A stretch of 64,000 nt of DNA from Alphaproteobacteria bacterium (GTDB taxonomy: Bacteria; Pseudomonadota; Alphaproteobacteria; UBA828). Shown in pieces: positions 43,982 through 53,920 of the stretch. The notes under the pieces are model-generated. The model was not told the origin of the DNA and ran no database searches. It saw nothing but the letters and a program-made list of their open reading frames with translations. Position 1 is the first letter of the stretch. Each line of letters starts with the position of its first letter. Location of the stretch: contig CAXXVO010000004.1 in assembly GCA_963422645.2 (NCBI GenBank), positions 576,001 through 640,000 on the forward strand, read 5' to 3'. The position numbers and the translations under genes are program-made.

Positions 43982-46495
43982 CAGACTTCCTGACCTCGTG
44001 ATGCTGGCTGTTCTGGGCAGCGTGCCGGGAACTCCTTGAATTCTGATACATTTCGGTTGTTTCAGGCGGTTTTTCGCTGGGTGTCGCGCCCGAGGTCTGA
44101 TATTATAATTTGATACCAATTGCACGGGGTCTCAACCATGCCCAGTACCCTCCCAATGTGCCCTCCAGAGGCGGTCTCGATCGGCAACAGCTGCTTCGCC
44201 GTCCTGATCTCGGACGACACCTTCACCTACTTTTCCAACCTCATTCCCTTTGACAGCCACGCCGCCGATGACCGCACGGCCATGCTCTTGCGGATCGGCC
44301 GCCTCGCGGCGATCAGCGCGGTCTCGCCGCAGGAACTGGCTGACGCTTTCGCTGTCTCGCGCGCGACGGTGCAGCGCGCACGACGGCGCTACCTGGCCGA
44401 GGGCGAAGCGGGGTTCATGAAGCCCCGGCGCGGTCGCGGGCCGTCGGTGTTCACTCCGGAGTTGGCGGAGAAGGCGACGGCGTTGCTGGCATCGGGCCTG
44501 AGCGGCTCTGCGGCGGCCCGGGTTCTCGGCGTGTCAGCGCCATCGGTCAACAAGTGGCGCCGTCAGGGACTGATCGGCAACACGGAGGCGGATGGGGAGC
44601 CCGGACGCTCAGCGCTGGCTGCGCCGCCTGACGCGGGTGCGGCTCCTGAAGGCCGTGTCGATGAAGAGAGTACCGGTGCCCCGGGGCCGGAGACGGCGCC
44701 GGGGCTGGAAGCGCAGCCGCAAACGGATCGCAGCGCGCGCGATCGGCGGGACCGGCAGGCGCCGATGGGGCGTGCGACTTGCGATGTTCCGGCTCGGGTT
44801 CTGGCCAGTTGTGGACAGGCGGGGCCGGTCGAACCGCAGTTCGCCGCCGCCGCCCGCGGTGTCCGCTTCGGCGGCGTGCTCGCCGCCCTGCCGGCCCTGC
44901 TGAAGGAAGGTCTTCTCTCCGAGACCGGTCTCCTGCCATTGCTGCCGAAGGGCTATTACGGCTTGCCTACGATCCTGCTCTTCCTGGCCTTCATGACCTT
45001 GGCGCGGGTGCGCAACCCCGAGAGCCTGCGCTACCAGGCGCCGGGCGAATGGGGCGCCATTCTCGGCCTCGATCGCTGCCCCGAGGTCAAGACGCTGCGC
45101 CGCAAGATCGCTCTCATCGCCGACGACGAGGCCGGCGTGCGGGCGTGGCAGCTCGCCCTTGCCAGGCGCTGGCAAGGCCGACGAGCCGGAGCTCTGGGCG
45201 ACGCTGGCCATCGACGGGCACGTCAAGGTCTACTCCGGCCGCAAGGGGCGCTTGCCCAAGCACTTCGTCTCGCGCGAGAAGCTGTGCCTGCCGGCACGCG
45301 CCAGCTACTGGATCAACGCTCTGGGCGGCAAGCCGCTGCTCTGTCTGCACAAGCCGCTGGACCCGAAGATGGTCGCGGCCATCGAAGCCGACGTGGTGCC
45401 GGCGCTGCAGGAGCTTGGGATCGTTGGCGCCGGGGCGCCGGACCTGACCGCCGAGCATCCCGGCCAGCCGGCGCTCACCCTGGTCTTCGACCGCGAGGGC
45501 TGGAGCCCGGATCTGTTCCGCCGGCTGGCGAGGCGCGGCGTCGCCTGCCTGACCTGGCACAAGAACTTCAGGGGCGAGGACTGGCCGGCCGAGGACTTCG
45601 GCGCGATGACCGTTCCCATTCACGGACCGGCGGCGGACGGCAGCGCCACCATGCGGCTGGCTGAGAAGCCGGTGACGTTGCCGAACGGCTTCAGGGTGCG
45701 CCAGATCCGCCGCCTGCTCGACAACGGCCGTCAGGTGCCGCTGATCACCACCGATCCGCACAAGCCGATGGCTGAGGTTGCGGGCGCCATGTTCTCGCGC
45801 TGGTCGCAGGAGAACTTCTTCAAGTACATGCGTGACGAGTTCAATCTCGACGCCCTGCCGACCCACGAGCTCGAGCCTCTCGATCCCGCCGCCATGGTCG
45901 TCAACCCGCTGCGGCGGGCCTATGACAAGGCAATCCATCGCCTCGACCGCCAGCTTGGCCGCCTGCGCAACCGCATCGCCGACACGGCCCGGAAGAAGCA
46001 GCCGACGGCGGAACTCAGGAGGGAAGTCAGGGACCTCCAGGATGTCCGCGACATCGTCAGGGCCAGCCGCAGGGAGACGCCCAAGCACTGCCGGGCCGGC
46101 GACCTCGACGAAGCCGAGCAGCTCGATGCCTTGCCCGCGCGCGAGCGCCTCCTCCTCGACGTCATCCGGATGATCGCCTACCGCGCCGAAACCCGCATGA
46201 TGCTTCCCGTCATGCAGGCGCAGGGCCACAAGCCCCATCCCCGGAAACTGCTTCAAGCGCTGCTCACCGCCGATGCCGACATCCTGCCGGATCCTGGCAA
46301 TGGCCTCCTGCGGGTCCACATTCTTGGCCTCGCAAACGACGCCTGCGACCGTTGGATCGATGCGGTTCTGAGCGACCTGAACGCCACCGAAACGGTCTTC
46401 CCCGGCACCCGTCTGCGCATAGTCTACGACATCGACGGGGCCTCGGAATCCGCGCGGCTCGTGTCACCTAAAATCAGCAGAGGTCAGGAAGTCTG
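43982..46495 (+). mobile_element. IS-X copy 1: full-length unclassified DDE IS (2514 bp)
   Basis: Perfect 16-bp IRs CAGACTTCCTGACCTC; 5-bp TSD AGGTT at 43977-43981 and 46496-46500. Confidence 0.93.
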
Positions 46496-46496
46496 A
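44138..46496 (+). pseudogene. IS-X transposase (~785 aa if intact), +1 frameshift near 45175
   Basis: N-terminal HTH-like segments; IDGH, FDREG, RWSQENFFK (YREK-like). Copy 3 reads TGG CAG GCC where this copy has an extra A. Confidence 0.85.
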
Positions 46497-47696
46497 GGTT
46501 CAGTGCGCGGAAGTGATCGGCACCGGCCTGTGCGTCGCTGGGGTCTCCGATAAGTTGCAACTGCCAAATGGCCACGTCTGTGCTTCCCACGACGAGGAAA
46601 GAACCGCGGACTTCATTGAAAGTCTCAGCGGTACGAAGGGGGCCAAGCTTGTCGGTTTCACTGTCGAGAACTCGACGATCGGGACCCTCAGCTTCGAGGT
46701 CGCCGCATCCTCAGGACTTGCCGAAGGCAATGTCGTGTTTGCCAGAATTGGCGAAGCCGAAGTATTCTACCAAATCCTCGATGCCCAAACGGCCGAAGAA
46801 AGCTTCGACCGCAATCCCCGCGGCACCCATATTGTCCAGGCGGCACAACTCGGTTGCTATGCCGTGGACCAGGGCTTCACGAAGTACCCGTGGCTTCCAG
46901 TCATGAATACGCCGCTATTTGCCGCCCGCGACCGCGAGTTCCCCGCCGCACGCATCGGTGATTGGGAGTTCGAGATCGGCAAGGTGCCGTCCACAAACAT
47001 TGGCGTCATCGCCAGCATGGACGATCTTGTCGAGTACCACGCCGCCGTACTGGGCGTGACTGGTACTGGGAAGACCGAGCTGGCGCTCGATATCGTGCGC
47101 GAAGCCGTCCGGCGGAGCGTCAAGGTTTTTTGCGTGGATTTCACTGGCGATTACCGTCAACGCCTCGCCGATCTTGATCCGGCGTTTCCGGCGCCGACCG
47201 CCGAGCAGGGCAGCGATCTTGAGGCCAATCTATTCGCGGTCGAAGCGGGCAAGTATGGCGGTCAGGCTGAGAAGCCGGTCCTCAAGGAAACCGTTGACGC
47301 ACTGCGCGCACAAACCGAAGGCCAAGTTGATGAGTTCCTGAGGAACGAAGCCAACAACCTCGCCATCTTCGAGCTTGCTGAAATCGCCAACACCAAGGCT
47401 ACATTGCGACTGACAGAGTTCTATTTGTCCTCGATCATGAGTTGGGCACGGCAGCATCGCCGCGCACGTCAGATCATGCTGGTGCTCGAAGAGGCGCACA
47501 CCATCGTTCCAGAAACCCATGGGGCTGGATTCGACTACGACACGCAATGGGTGGTCAGTCGTATCGGGCAGATCGCGCTTCAGGGCCGCAAATACGGGGT
47601 CGGGCTACTTGTCATCACCCAACGGACTGCTCTTGTCAGTAAAACGATCCTTTCCCAGTGCAATTCCCAGTGCAATACCTTTTTCACGCATAGTTT

Positions 47697-48719
47697 CAGA
47701 CTTCCTGATCTCTGCTGATTTTAGGTGACACGAGCCGCGCGGATTCCGAGGCCCCGTCGATGTCGTAGACTATGCGCAGACGGGTGCCGGGGAAGACCGT
47801 TTCGGTGGCGTTCAGGTCGCTCAGAACCGCATCGATCCAACGGTCGCAGGCGTCGTTTGCGAGGCCAAGAATGTGGACCCGCAGGAGGCCACAACTGGCC
47901 AGAACCCGAGCCGGAACATCGCAAGTCGCACGCCCCATCGGCGCCTGCCGGTCCCGCCGATCGCGCGCGCTGCGATCCGTTTGCGGCTGCGCTTCCAGCC
48001 CCGGCGCCGTCTCCGGCCCCGGGGCACCGGTACTCTCTTCATCGACACGGCCTTCAGGAGCCGCACCCGCGTCAGGCGGCGCAGCCAGCGCTGAGCGTCC
48101 GGGCTCCCCATCCGCCTCCGTGTTGCCGATCAGTCCCTGACGGCGCCACTTGTTGACCGATGGCGCTGACACGCCGAGAACCCGGGCCGCCGCAGAGCCG
48201 CTCAGGCCCGATGCCAGCAACGCCGTCGCCTTCTCCGCCAACTCCGGAGTGAACACCGACGGCCCGCGACCGCGCCGGGGCTTCATGAACCCCGCTTCGC
48301 CCTCGGCCAGGTAGCGCCGTCGTGCGCGCTGCACCGTCGCGCGCGAGACAGCGAAAGCGTCAGCCAGTTCCTGCGGCGAGACCGCGCTGATCGCCGCGAG
48401 GCGGCCGATCCGCAAGAGCATGGCCGTGCGGTCATCGGCGGCGTGGCTGTCAAAGGGAATGAGGTTGGAAAAGTAGGTGAAGGTGTCGTCCGAGATCAGG
48501 ACGGCGAAGCAGCTGTTGCCGATCGAGACCGCCTCTGGAGGGCACATTGGGAGGGTACTGGGCATGGTTGAGACCGTGCAATTGGTATCAAATTATACTA
48601 TCAGACCTCGGGCGCGACACCCAGCGAAAAACCGCCTGAAACAACCGAAATGTATCAGAATTCAAGGAGTTCCCGGCACGCTGCCCAGAACAGCCAGCAT
48701 CACGAGGTCAGGAAGTCTG
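47697..48719 (-). mobile_element. IS-X copy 2: internally deleted mini-element (1023 bp, 289-aa ORF 47696-48565)
   Basis: Both IRs present (one C>T change in the right IR); flanks AGTTT and AATTT do not match. Confidence 0.92.
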
Positions 48720-49043
48720 AATTTGTCCCTCTGAAACACACGGATTATTTTTCATCTGTGACCCCAATAACGAATTCGTATGCATAACCAATCGCAACAT
48801 TATTCTTTCGATACTTCCGAATTTATATTGACGAATGTATCCAGATTTGCGACTCTTGATACGGAACGAATTCAGTTGATTGGAACGAAGGGCAGGTGCG
48901 TTCCAAGCACCAACGAAGGGGCGGAAACGCAAAATCGATATGCGGCGGCGGCTGTGGAGGAGACGCATTGGGCGGTTGGCGATGATAGAGAGCCGAGGGC
49001 GGAACCCCATGCCGTTGGCTGACGCGGTCGCGCGGAGCTAGCG

Positions 49044-49919
49044 GTGCGCGTGGAATTCGGCAAAGGGGCCGATCTCCTGACTCGGGAGTATCCGGGGCTC
49101 AGCAAACAGCTCAAGAAGTGCGCCGCCTACATTCTGGAACATCCGAGCGAGGTCGCCACGCTCTCCATGCGCCAGTTGGCGGCAAGGGCAGGGGTGCCCG
49201 CCAGCACCATGAACCGGCTCGCCAAGGCGGTTGAGTTCGCTACTTACGACGAGTTTCGTGCGCTCTATCGCGATAGTATCAACCAACAAGCGACAGGTTA
49301 TTCGCTGGAGGCCGGCCAAGTACACGTGGTCGCCCGAGAAAACAAATTCGACCACGATCTCAGTGCCTTTCAACAGGCGGCAGTCACCAATATTAACACT
49401 CTGTTTGACCACATAGACCGCGTTGCGCTGGAGCGCGCCGTGCAGGCGTTGGCGGACGCGCGCACCGTCCTCGTGGTCGGCGTGTTCGCGTCCGAGGCCT
49501 TCGCCAACTACCTGCATCACGTGGCGGCCATGGGATTCAGCAACTGGCACCAGCTGGTACCCAACAGCGGCGACTTCTCTCGTCTGTTGGAGGGCTTGGT
49601 GCCCGGCGATGTCGTCGTCTGTATCGCCGTCGAGCCCTGCGCCACCGAATCAATCAGGGTCGCGCGACGTGCTCAGGAGGCGGGCGCACGCGTTATCGGC
49701 ATCACCGATCGGCGGACGTCGCCCTTGGCCGCCTGCTCGGACGACATTCTGCTTATTTCGGTTCACAGCCCGAGCCTCTTTCCCTCACGCATTGGCGCCA
49801 CCGCGCTGGTGGAAGTGCTCGTGGGTATGGTCGCGGCGCGCAGCGAACGGTCGGTCGCCGAAAGCGTAGAAAACTTGAACCGTTCGCGCCGAAGCTTGGG
49901 TCATTATTGGCACGAATGA
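49044..49919 (+). CDS. MurR/RpiR family transcriptional regulator
   Basis: N-terminal HTH (SMRQLAARAGVPASTMNRLAK) plus SIS domain (VIGITDRRTSPLA); start uncertain. Confidence 0.9.
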   Translation: MRVEFGKGADLLTREYPGLSKQLKKCAAYILEHPSEVATLSMRQLAARAGVPASTMNRLAKAVEFATYDEFRALYRDSINQQATGYSLEAGQVHVVARENKFDHDLSAFQQAAVTNINTLFDHIDRVALERAVQALADARTVLVVGVFASEAFANYLHHVAAMGFSNWHQLVPNSGDFSRLLEGLVPGDVVVCIAVEPCATESIRVARRAQEAGARVIGITDRRTSPLAACSDDILLISVHSPSLFPSRIGATALVEVLVGMVAARSERSVAESVENLNRSRRSLGHYWHE

Positions 49920-50170
49920 TCCGTTATTTGGTCGGCTTTTCCGAATCACGCCACTAAAATGGGTGCCTTGTTCCACGGATTTTTTTGCTTGGGACGAATG
50001 GTTCCCCCACCCGCTAACCGGAATTATTCGTTGCCTTCGTTCGAGTGATTAAGTGGGCGGGCGGAAGGTCCCGAGACTCAGTTTCAACGCATCAGGCAAA
50101 CCATGGCTGGCAGGGAATGCCGGCTCGTGACACATTGGCGCCGCAACCCATTCGGACGAGAGGCGCCGCC

Positions 50171-51058
50171 ATGACCCCGGAGCAGGTGCTGGCCCATCCC
50201 CCCAAGGTGCTGACAAGAGCGCAGCGGGAGGCGTACTTCCGTGACGGCTACCTACTGCTCGAGCGCTTCGTGCCGGAGGACTGGCTCGCGACATTGCGGG
50301 CGCTCAGCGAGCACTTTATCGGCGAGAGCCGGAGCGCGAGCGCTGACGACGAGCAGTTCGACCTGGAACCCGATCATTGCGCAACAGCGCCCCGACTCAG
50401 GCGCCTGAACCAGCCGGTGGCGCGGCACCCCGACTATTGGCGCTTCGCGAGCGATTCCTGCATCACCGACCTGGCCGAGGACCTGCTCGGGCCCAACGTG
50501 ATGTTCCACCACTCCAAGCTCAACTTCAAATGGTCGGGCGGCGGCGAGGAGGTGAAGTGGCACCAGGACATCCAGTACTGGCCGCACACCAACTACAGCG
50601 TGCTCACCATCGGCGTCTATCTTGAGGACGTCGACGAGGGCATGGGCCCCATGGGCGTGATCCCCGGCGCGCACGAGGGCGAGCTCTTCGACCTCTATGA
50701 CGGGAACGACTGCTGGGCCGGCGCCATCGACGATAGCGACCTCGCGCGGGTGCCGGTGGAGAAGGCGGTCTATCTGAAGGGCCCTGCGGGCTCAGTGACG
50801 GTGCACCATTGCCGCATGATCCACGGCTCCAAGCCCAACACCAGCCCCGCGCGCTCGCGCCCGCTCCTGCTCAACGCCTTCTCCTCCGCCGACGCGTTGC
50901 CGGTGACGGCCTACAACTATCCCTCGACCCACAATGGGGAGATCGTGCGGGGCGAGCGCCCGCGCTGGATCCACTTCGACCCGAGGCCCTGCCTTCTGCC
51001 GCCGGACTGGTCGGGCGGCTACACCTCGATCTTTGCGCTGCAGCAGGGAGAGGAGTAG
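50171..51058 (+). CDS. Phytanoyl-CoA dioxygenase (PhyH) family 2OG-Fe(II) enzyme
   Basis: YFRDGYL, KLNFK, WHQD, GPMGVIPGAH, HGSKPN. Confidence 0.9.
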   Translation: MTPEQVLAHPPKVLTRAQREAYFRDGYLLLERFVPEDWLATLRALSEHFIGESRSASADDEQFDLEPDHCATAPRLRRLNQPVARHPDYWRFASDSCITDLAEDLLGPNVMFHHSKLNFKWSGGGEEVKWHQDIQYWPHTNYSVLTIGVYLEDVDEGMGPMGVIPGAHEGELFDLYDGNDCWAGAIDDSDLARVPVEKAVYLKGPAGSVTVHHCRMIHGSKPNTSPARSRPLLLNAFSSADALPVTAYNYPSTHNGEIVRGERPRWIHFDPRPCLLPPDWSGGYTSIFALQQGEE

Positions 51059-51085
51059 GAACCCCAGGCCGCAGCTGCAGGTGGT

Positions 51086-51226
51086 TAGAGCGAGTCTGTC
51101 TTTGACGGGCTCGCGACAGGCCGCGACTGCGGCCCGCCGCTAACGCGGCGCGCCGGCGTCGGCCACGGGCCGGCTGCCGTGAGCGACAAAGGCGAAAGCG
51201 TTTCCGTGTGAGACGGAAACGCTCTA
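51086..51226. repeat. ~145-bp double-hairpin repeat, copy 2 (inverted relative to copies 1 and 3)
   Basis: GCGAGTCTGTC-TTT-GACGGGCTCGC ... AGCGTTTCCGT-GTGAG-ACGGAAACGCT; end overlaps the znuA TAG. Confidence 0.85.
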
Positions 51227-52306
51227 AGCTCCGTCGTCCGGCGCTAGGCAGTCCCTGAAGGACGCTGCCATGTTGCGGAGGAGCGTGAAGTAGAGCTCCG
51301 GCCCGTTCTCGATTGTGGCGCCGATGGGATCCACGGTGGCGGCCCTCACGTCGCTGCCTTCGATGACGGTTCTGACGAGGCGCTCGTCGAACTGGGGCTC
51401 GTCGAACACGCAGACCACGCCCAGCTCACCCACCTTCTCGCGCAGCTCGGAGATGCGCCGGGCACCGGGCGCGCGATCGGGACTGATGACGACCGAGCCT
51501 GCGGTGGTCAGCCCGAAGCGGTCCTCGAAATAGCGGTAGCCGTCGTGGAAGACGATGAAGGGCACGCCGCGGGCCGGTGCGACCTCCTGGGCGATCTCCT
51601 CCGTCAGGTGATCGAGGCGATGGAGCAGGGCGTCGACGTTGGCCTCGTAGGTGGCGGCGTTGGCGGGATCGATCTCGGCCAGGGCGCCGGCAATGGTGCG
51701 CGCCAAGGTCCAACCGTTGATCGGGTCGAGCCAGACGTGCATGTCGAAGGGGCCGTGATCGTCTTGGTCGTCATGCGCGTGCCCGTGGCCGTCATCGTCG
51801 GCGTGATCGTCATCGTCGGCATGGTCGTCATCGTCGGCGTGGTCCGCATGATCATCGTGGTCGTCGTCTTCGTCCATGCCCTCGTGGCCGTGGCTGTCGT
51901 GGTCGTGCTCCTCGAAGGCGCCGCCCTCGCGCACCGGCCTAAGCACCAGGCCTGTTGCATCAACGAGCCTGACCACCCGGGCGTTTCTGGCGAGCGCGTC
52001 GACCGGCCCGGCGAGCGCGGTTTCCATCGTGTCGCCGATCATGAAGACGATGTCGGCATCCTCCAGTGCTGCTGCGTCGGAAGGGCGCATGGTGAAGGTG
52101 TGCGGCGACGAGTGGCCCCGGATGACCAGGTGAGGCTCGCCCACGCCGGCCATCACCGCGCTCACCAGCGAATGCACCGGCTTGATCGAGGCGACGACCT
52201 GCAGTTCGTCGTCCGCCGTTGCGGGGCCTGCGGCTGCACCGCCGAGCAGCGCCGCTGCGGCGAGTGCCAGGGGGAAGCGTCGTGGTACGATGCGTGGACA
52301 ATCCAT
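51224..52306 (-). CDS. znuA: Zinc ABC transporter substrate-binding protein with His/Asp-rich loop
   Basis: VVASIKPVHSL, SPH, HVWLDP, VFHDGYRYFE, CVFDEPQF. Confidence 0.93.
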   Translation of the reverse strand: MDCPRIVPRRFPLALAAAALLGGAAAGPATADDELQVVASIKPVHSLVSAVMAGVGEPHLVIRGHSSPHTFTMRPSDAAALEDADIVFMIGDTMETALAGPVDALARNARVVRLVDATGLVLRPVREGGAFEEHDHDSHGHEGMDEDDDHDDHADHADDDDHADDDDHADDDGHGHAHDDQDDHGPFDMHVWLDPINGWTLARTIAGALAEIDPANAATYEANVDALLHRLDHLTEEIAQEVAPARGVPFIVFHDGYRYFEDRFGLTTAGSVVISPDRAPGARRISELREKVGELGVVCVFDEPQFDERLVRTVIEGSDVRAATVDPIGATIENGPELYFTLLRNMAASFRDCLAPDDGA

Positions 52307-52342
52307 GGTCGCGTCTCCGTCAATCAGTCGGGCATGGTCGAG

Positions 52343-52365
52343 AAGATGTTATAATATAATGCTTG
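52343..52365. promoter_or_regulatory. Zur box
   Basis: AAGATGTTATAATATAATGCTTG matches the Zur palindrome (ATGTTATAnTATAACAT); lies between divergent znuA and znuC. Confidence 0.85.
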
Positions 52366-52426
52366 CCCTGTACACCGGCTCTTGGAAGCCGGGCGTCAGA
52401 GGCAAGCGCCTGTAGAGGCGGAGGAC

Positions 52427-53098
52427 ATGACGACAGGGAGCATGTCGCCCGCCGGGTCAGCACCGCTCGTCAGCGCCCGCGACATCGGCGTCAGGCGGAG
52501 CGAGCGCTGGATCATCCGGCACGTCGACGTCCAGGTGCCGCGCGGCGCGCTGGTCTACGTGATCGGCGCCAACGGTGCCGGCAAGTCGACCTGCGCCAAG
52601 GCGGTGCTCGGCTTGATCGAAATCGACGAGGGGGCGGTCGAGAGGGCGCCGGGTGTGGCGGTGGGCTATGTGCCCCAGCGCCTGGCCATAAGCCCGACGC
52701 TGCCGCTCACGCTCCGCCGCCTGATGACGTTGACGCGGCGTTTTCCCCGCCGGGAGATCGAGGCCGCGCTCGACGCGGTCGGTCTGGAGCGGCTCGGCAA
52801 TCCGCCCATCTTGACGCTCTCCGGCGGCGAATTCCAGCGGCTGCTGCTGGCGCGGGCGCTGATCGAAAAGCCCGACCTGCTGGTTCTCGACGAGCCGGCC
52901 CAGGGCGTCGACGTGAGCGGAGCGGACGTCTTCCACGAGTTGATCGGGGAGATTCGCCGCACCCTCGGCTGCGGCATCCTGATTATCTCCCACGACATCG
53001 AGCGCGCGGCGCGAAGCGGCGACGATGTCGTCGTCCTCGTGCCCCACGAGCATGACGCGAAGCCAGCCGGCGACGACGCCGGTGCGCCGGGGACCTGA
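52427..53098 (+). CDS. znuC: Zinc ABC transporter ATPase
   Basis: GANGAGKS, GYVPQR, LSGGEFQR, DEPAQGVD, ISHD. Confidence 0.88.
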   Translation: MTTGSMSPAGSAPLVSARDIGVRRSERWIIRHVDVQVPRGALVYVIGANGAGKSTCAKAVLGLIEIDEGAVERAPGVAVGYVPQRLAISPTLPLTLRRLMTLTRRFPRREIEAALDAVGLERLGNPPILTLSGGEFQRLLLARALIEKPDLLVLDEPAQGVDVSGADVFHELIGEIRRTLGCGILIISHDIERAARSGDDVVVLVPHEHDAKPAGDDAGAPGT

Positions 53099-53101
53099 GC
53101 G

Positions 53102-53920
53102 ATGCTCGACGACTTCTTCATGCGCGCTCTCATCGCGGGCATCGGGCTCGCGCTCGTCGCCGGGCCGGCAGGGTGCTTCGTGGTCTGGCGCAGACTGGCC
53201 TACTTCGGCGAGACCATCGCGCACTCCTCGCTGCTCGGCGTCGCGCTCGCCATCGTGCTGCAGTTCAACCTGGTGATCGGCATCCTGATCAGCGCCGCGC
53301 TGGTGGCCTTCATCATGTTCTATCTCGACCGGCGCGGCACTCTGCCGACCGACACCCTGCTGGGCCTGCTCGCCCACGGTGGGCTCGCCCTCGGCTTGGT
53401 GATCCTCTCTTTCTTCCCGGCCATGCGGATCGACCTGCACAGTCTGCTCTTCGGCGACACCCTGGCCGTCCAGCGGATCGACCTGGCGGTAATCTGGGGC
53501 GGCGGCGCGGTCGTGTTGGGCGTGCTCGCGTGGCTCTGGCGTCCGTTGCTGGCGGCGACCGTCAACCCGGACCTTGCCGCGGTGGCGGGCCTCAAACCGG
53601 AGCGGGCGCGGCTGATCTTCGGGCTGCTGGTGGCGGCGATCATCGCCGTCGCCATCAAGATCGTGGGCATCCTGCTGATCGTGGCGCTTCTGATCATTCC
53701 GGCGGCGACGGCCAGGCGCTTCGCACCGAGTCCCGAATGGATGGCCGTGGGCGCCGCGGCGGTGGGCGCCTCCGCGACCGTGGGCGGGCTCTACGCGTCC
53801 GCCACCTGGGATACGCCCTCCGGCCCCTCCATCGTCGTCACCGCGTTGGTGCTCTTCATCGTGACCCGCGCCGACGGCCTGCGGAAGCTGGGGCAATTTG
53901 TGGTCAGCCGGAGACGGTGA
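53102..53920 (+). CDS. znuB: Zinc ABC transporter permease
   Basis: GCFVVWRR.AYFG...AH, LLFGD, LLIIPAATAR, DTPSGPSIV. Confidence 0.93.
   Translation: MLDDFFMRALIAGIGLALVAGPAGCFVVWRRLAYFGETIAHSSLLGVALAIVLQFNLVIGILISAALVAFIMFYLDRRGTLPTDTLLGLLAHGGLALGLVILSFFPAMRIDLHSLLFGDTLAVQRIDLAVIWGGGAVVLGVLAWLWRPLLAATVNPDLAAVAGLKPERARLIFGLLVAAIIAVAIKIVGILLIVALLIIPAATARRFAPSPEWMAVGAAAVGASATVGGLYASATWDTPSGPSIVVTALVLFIVTRADGLRKLGQFVVSRRR

Larger units (their letters stand above)
43229..47696 (+). pseudogene. Membrane-anchored HerA/FtsK-like (DUF87) ATPase, interrupted by IS-X copy 1 and truncated by copy 2
   Basis: Joining 43981 to 46501 reads in frame (FSQV|QCAEVIG); about 6 TM segments; Walker A GVTGTGKT, VDFTGDY, Walker B LEEAH, GRKYGVGL..ITQR, LSQCN. 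Confidence 0.85.

Noticed and set aside
45165-45185. Programmed frameshift in the IS-X transposase
   Set aside because: Copy 3 is in frame at this site and there is no slippery heptamer, so it is a mutation or sequencing indel.
48980-49044. Possible frameshift upstream of the rpiR GTG
   Set aside because: The ORF from 49044 already contains the whole HTH; this cannot be resolved without homologues.
51770-51910. Short tandem repeats resembling a CRISPR or VNTR array
   Set aside because: They encode the ZnuA His/Asp loop; no spacers or cas genes, and no CRISPR array, tRNA or rRNA was recognised in the window.
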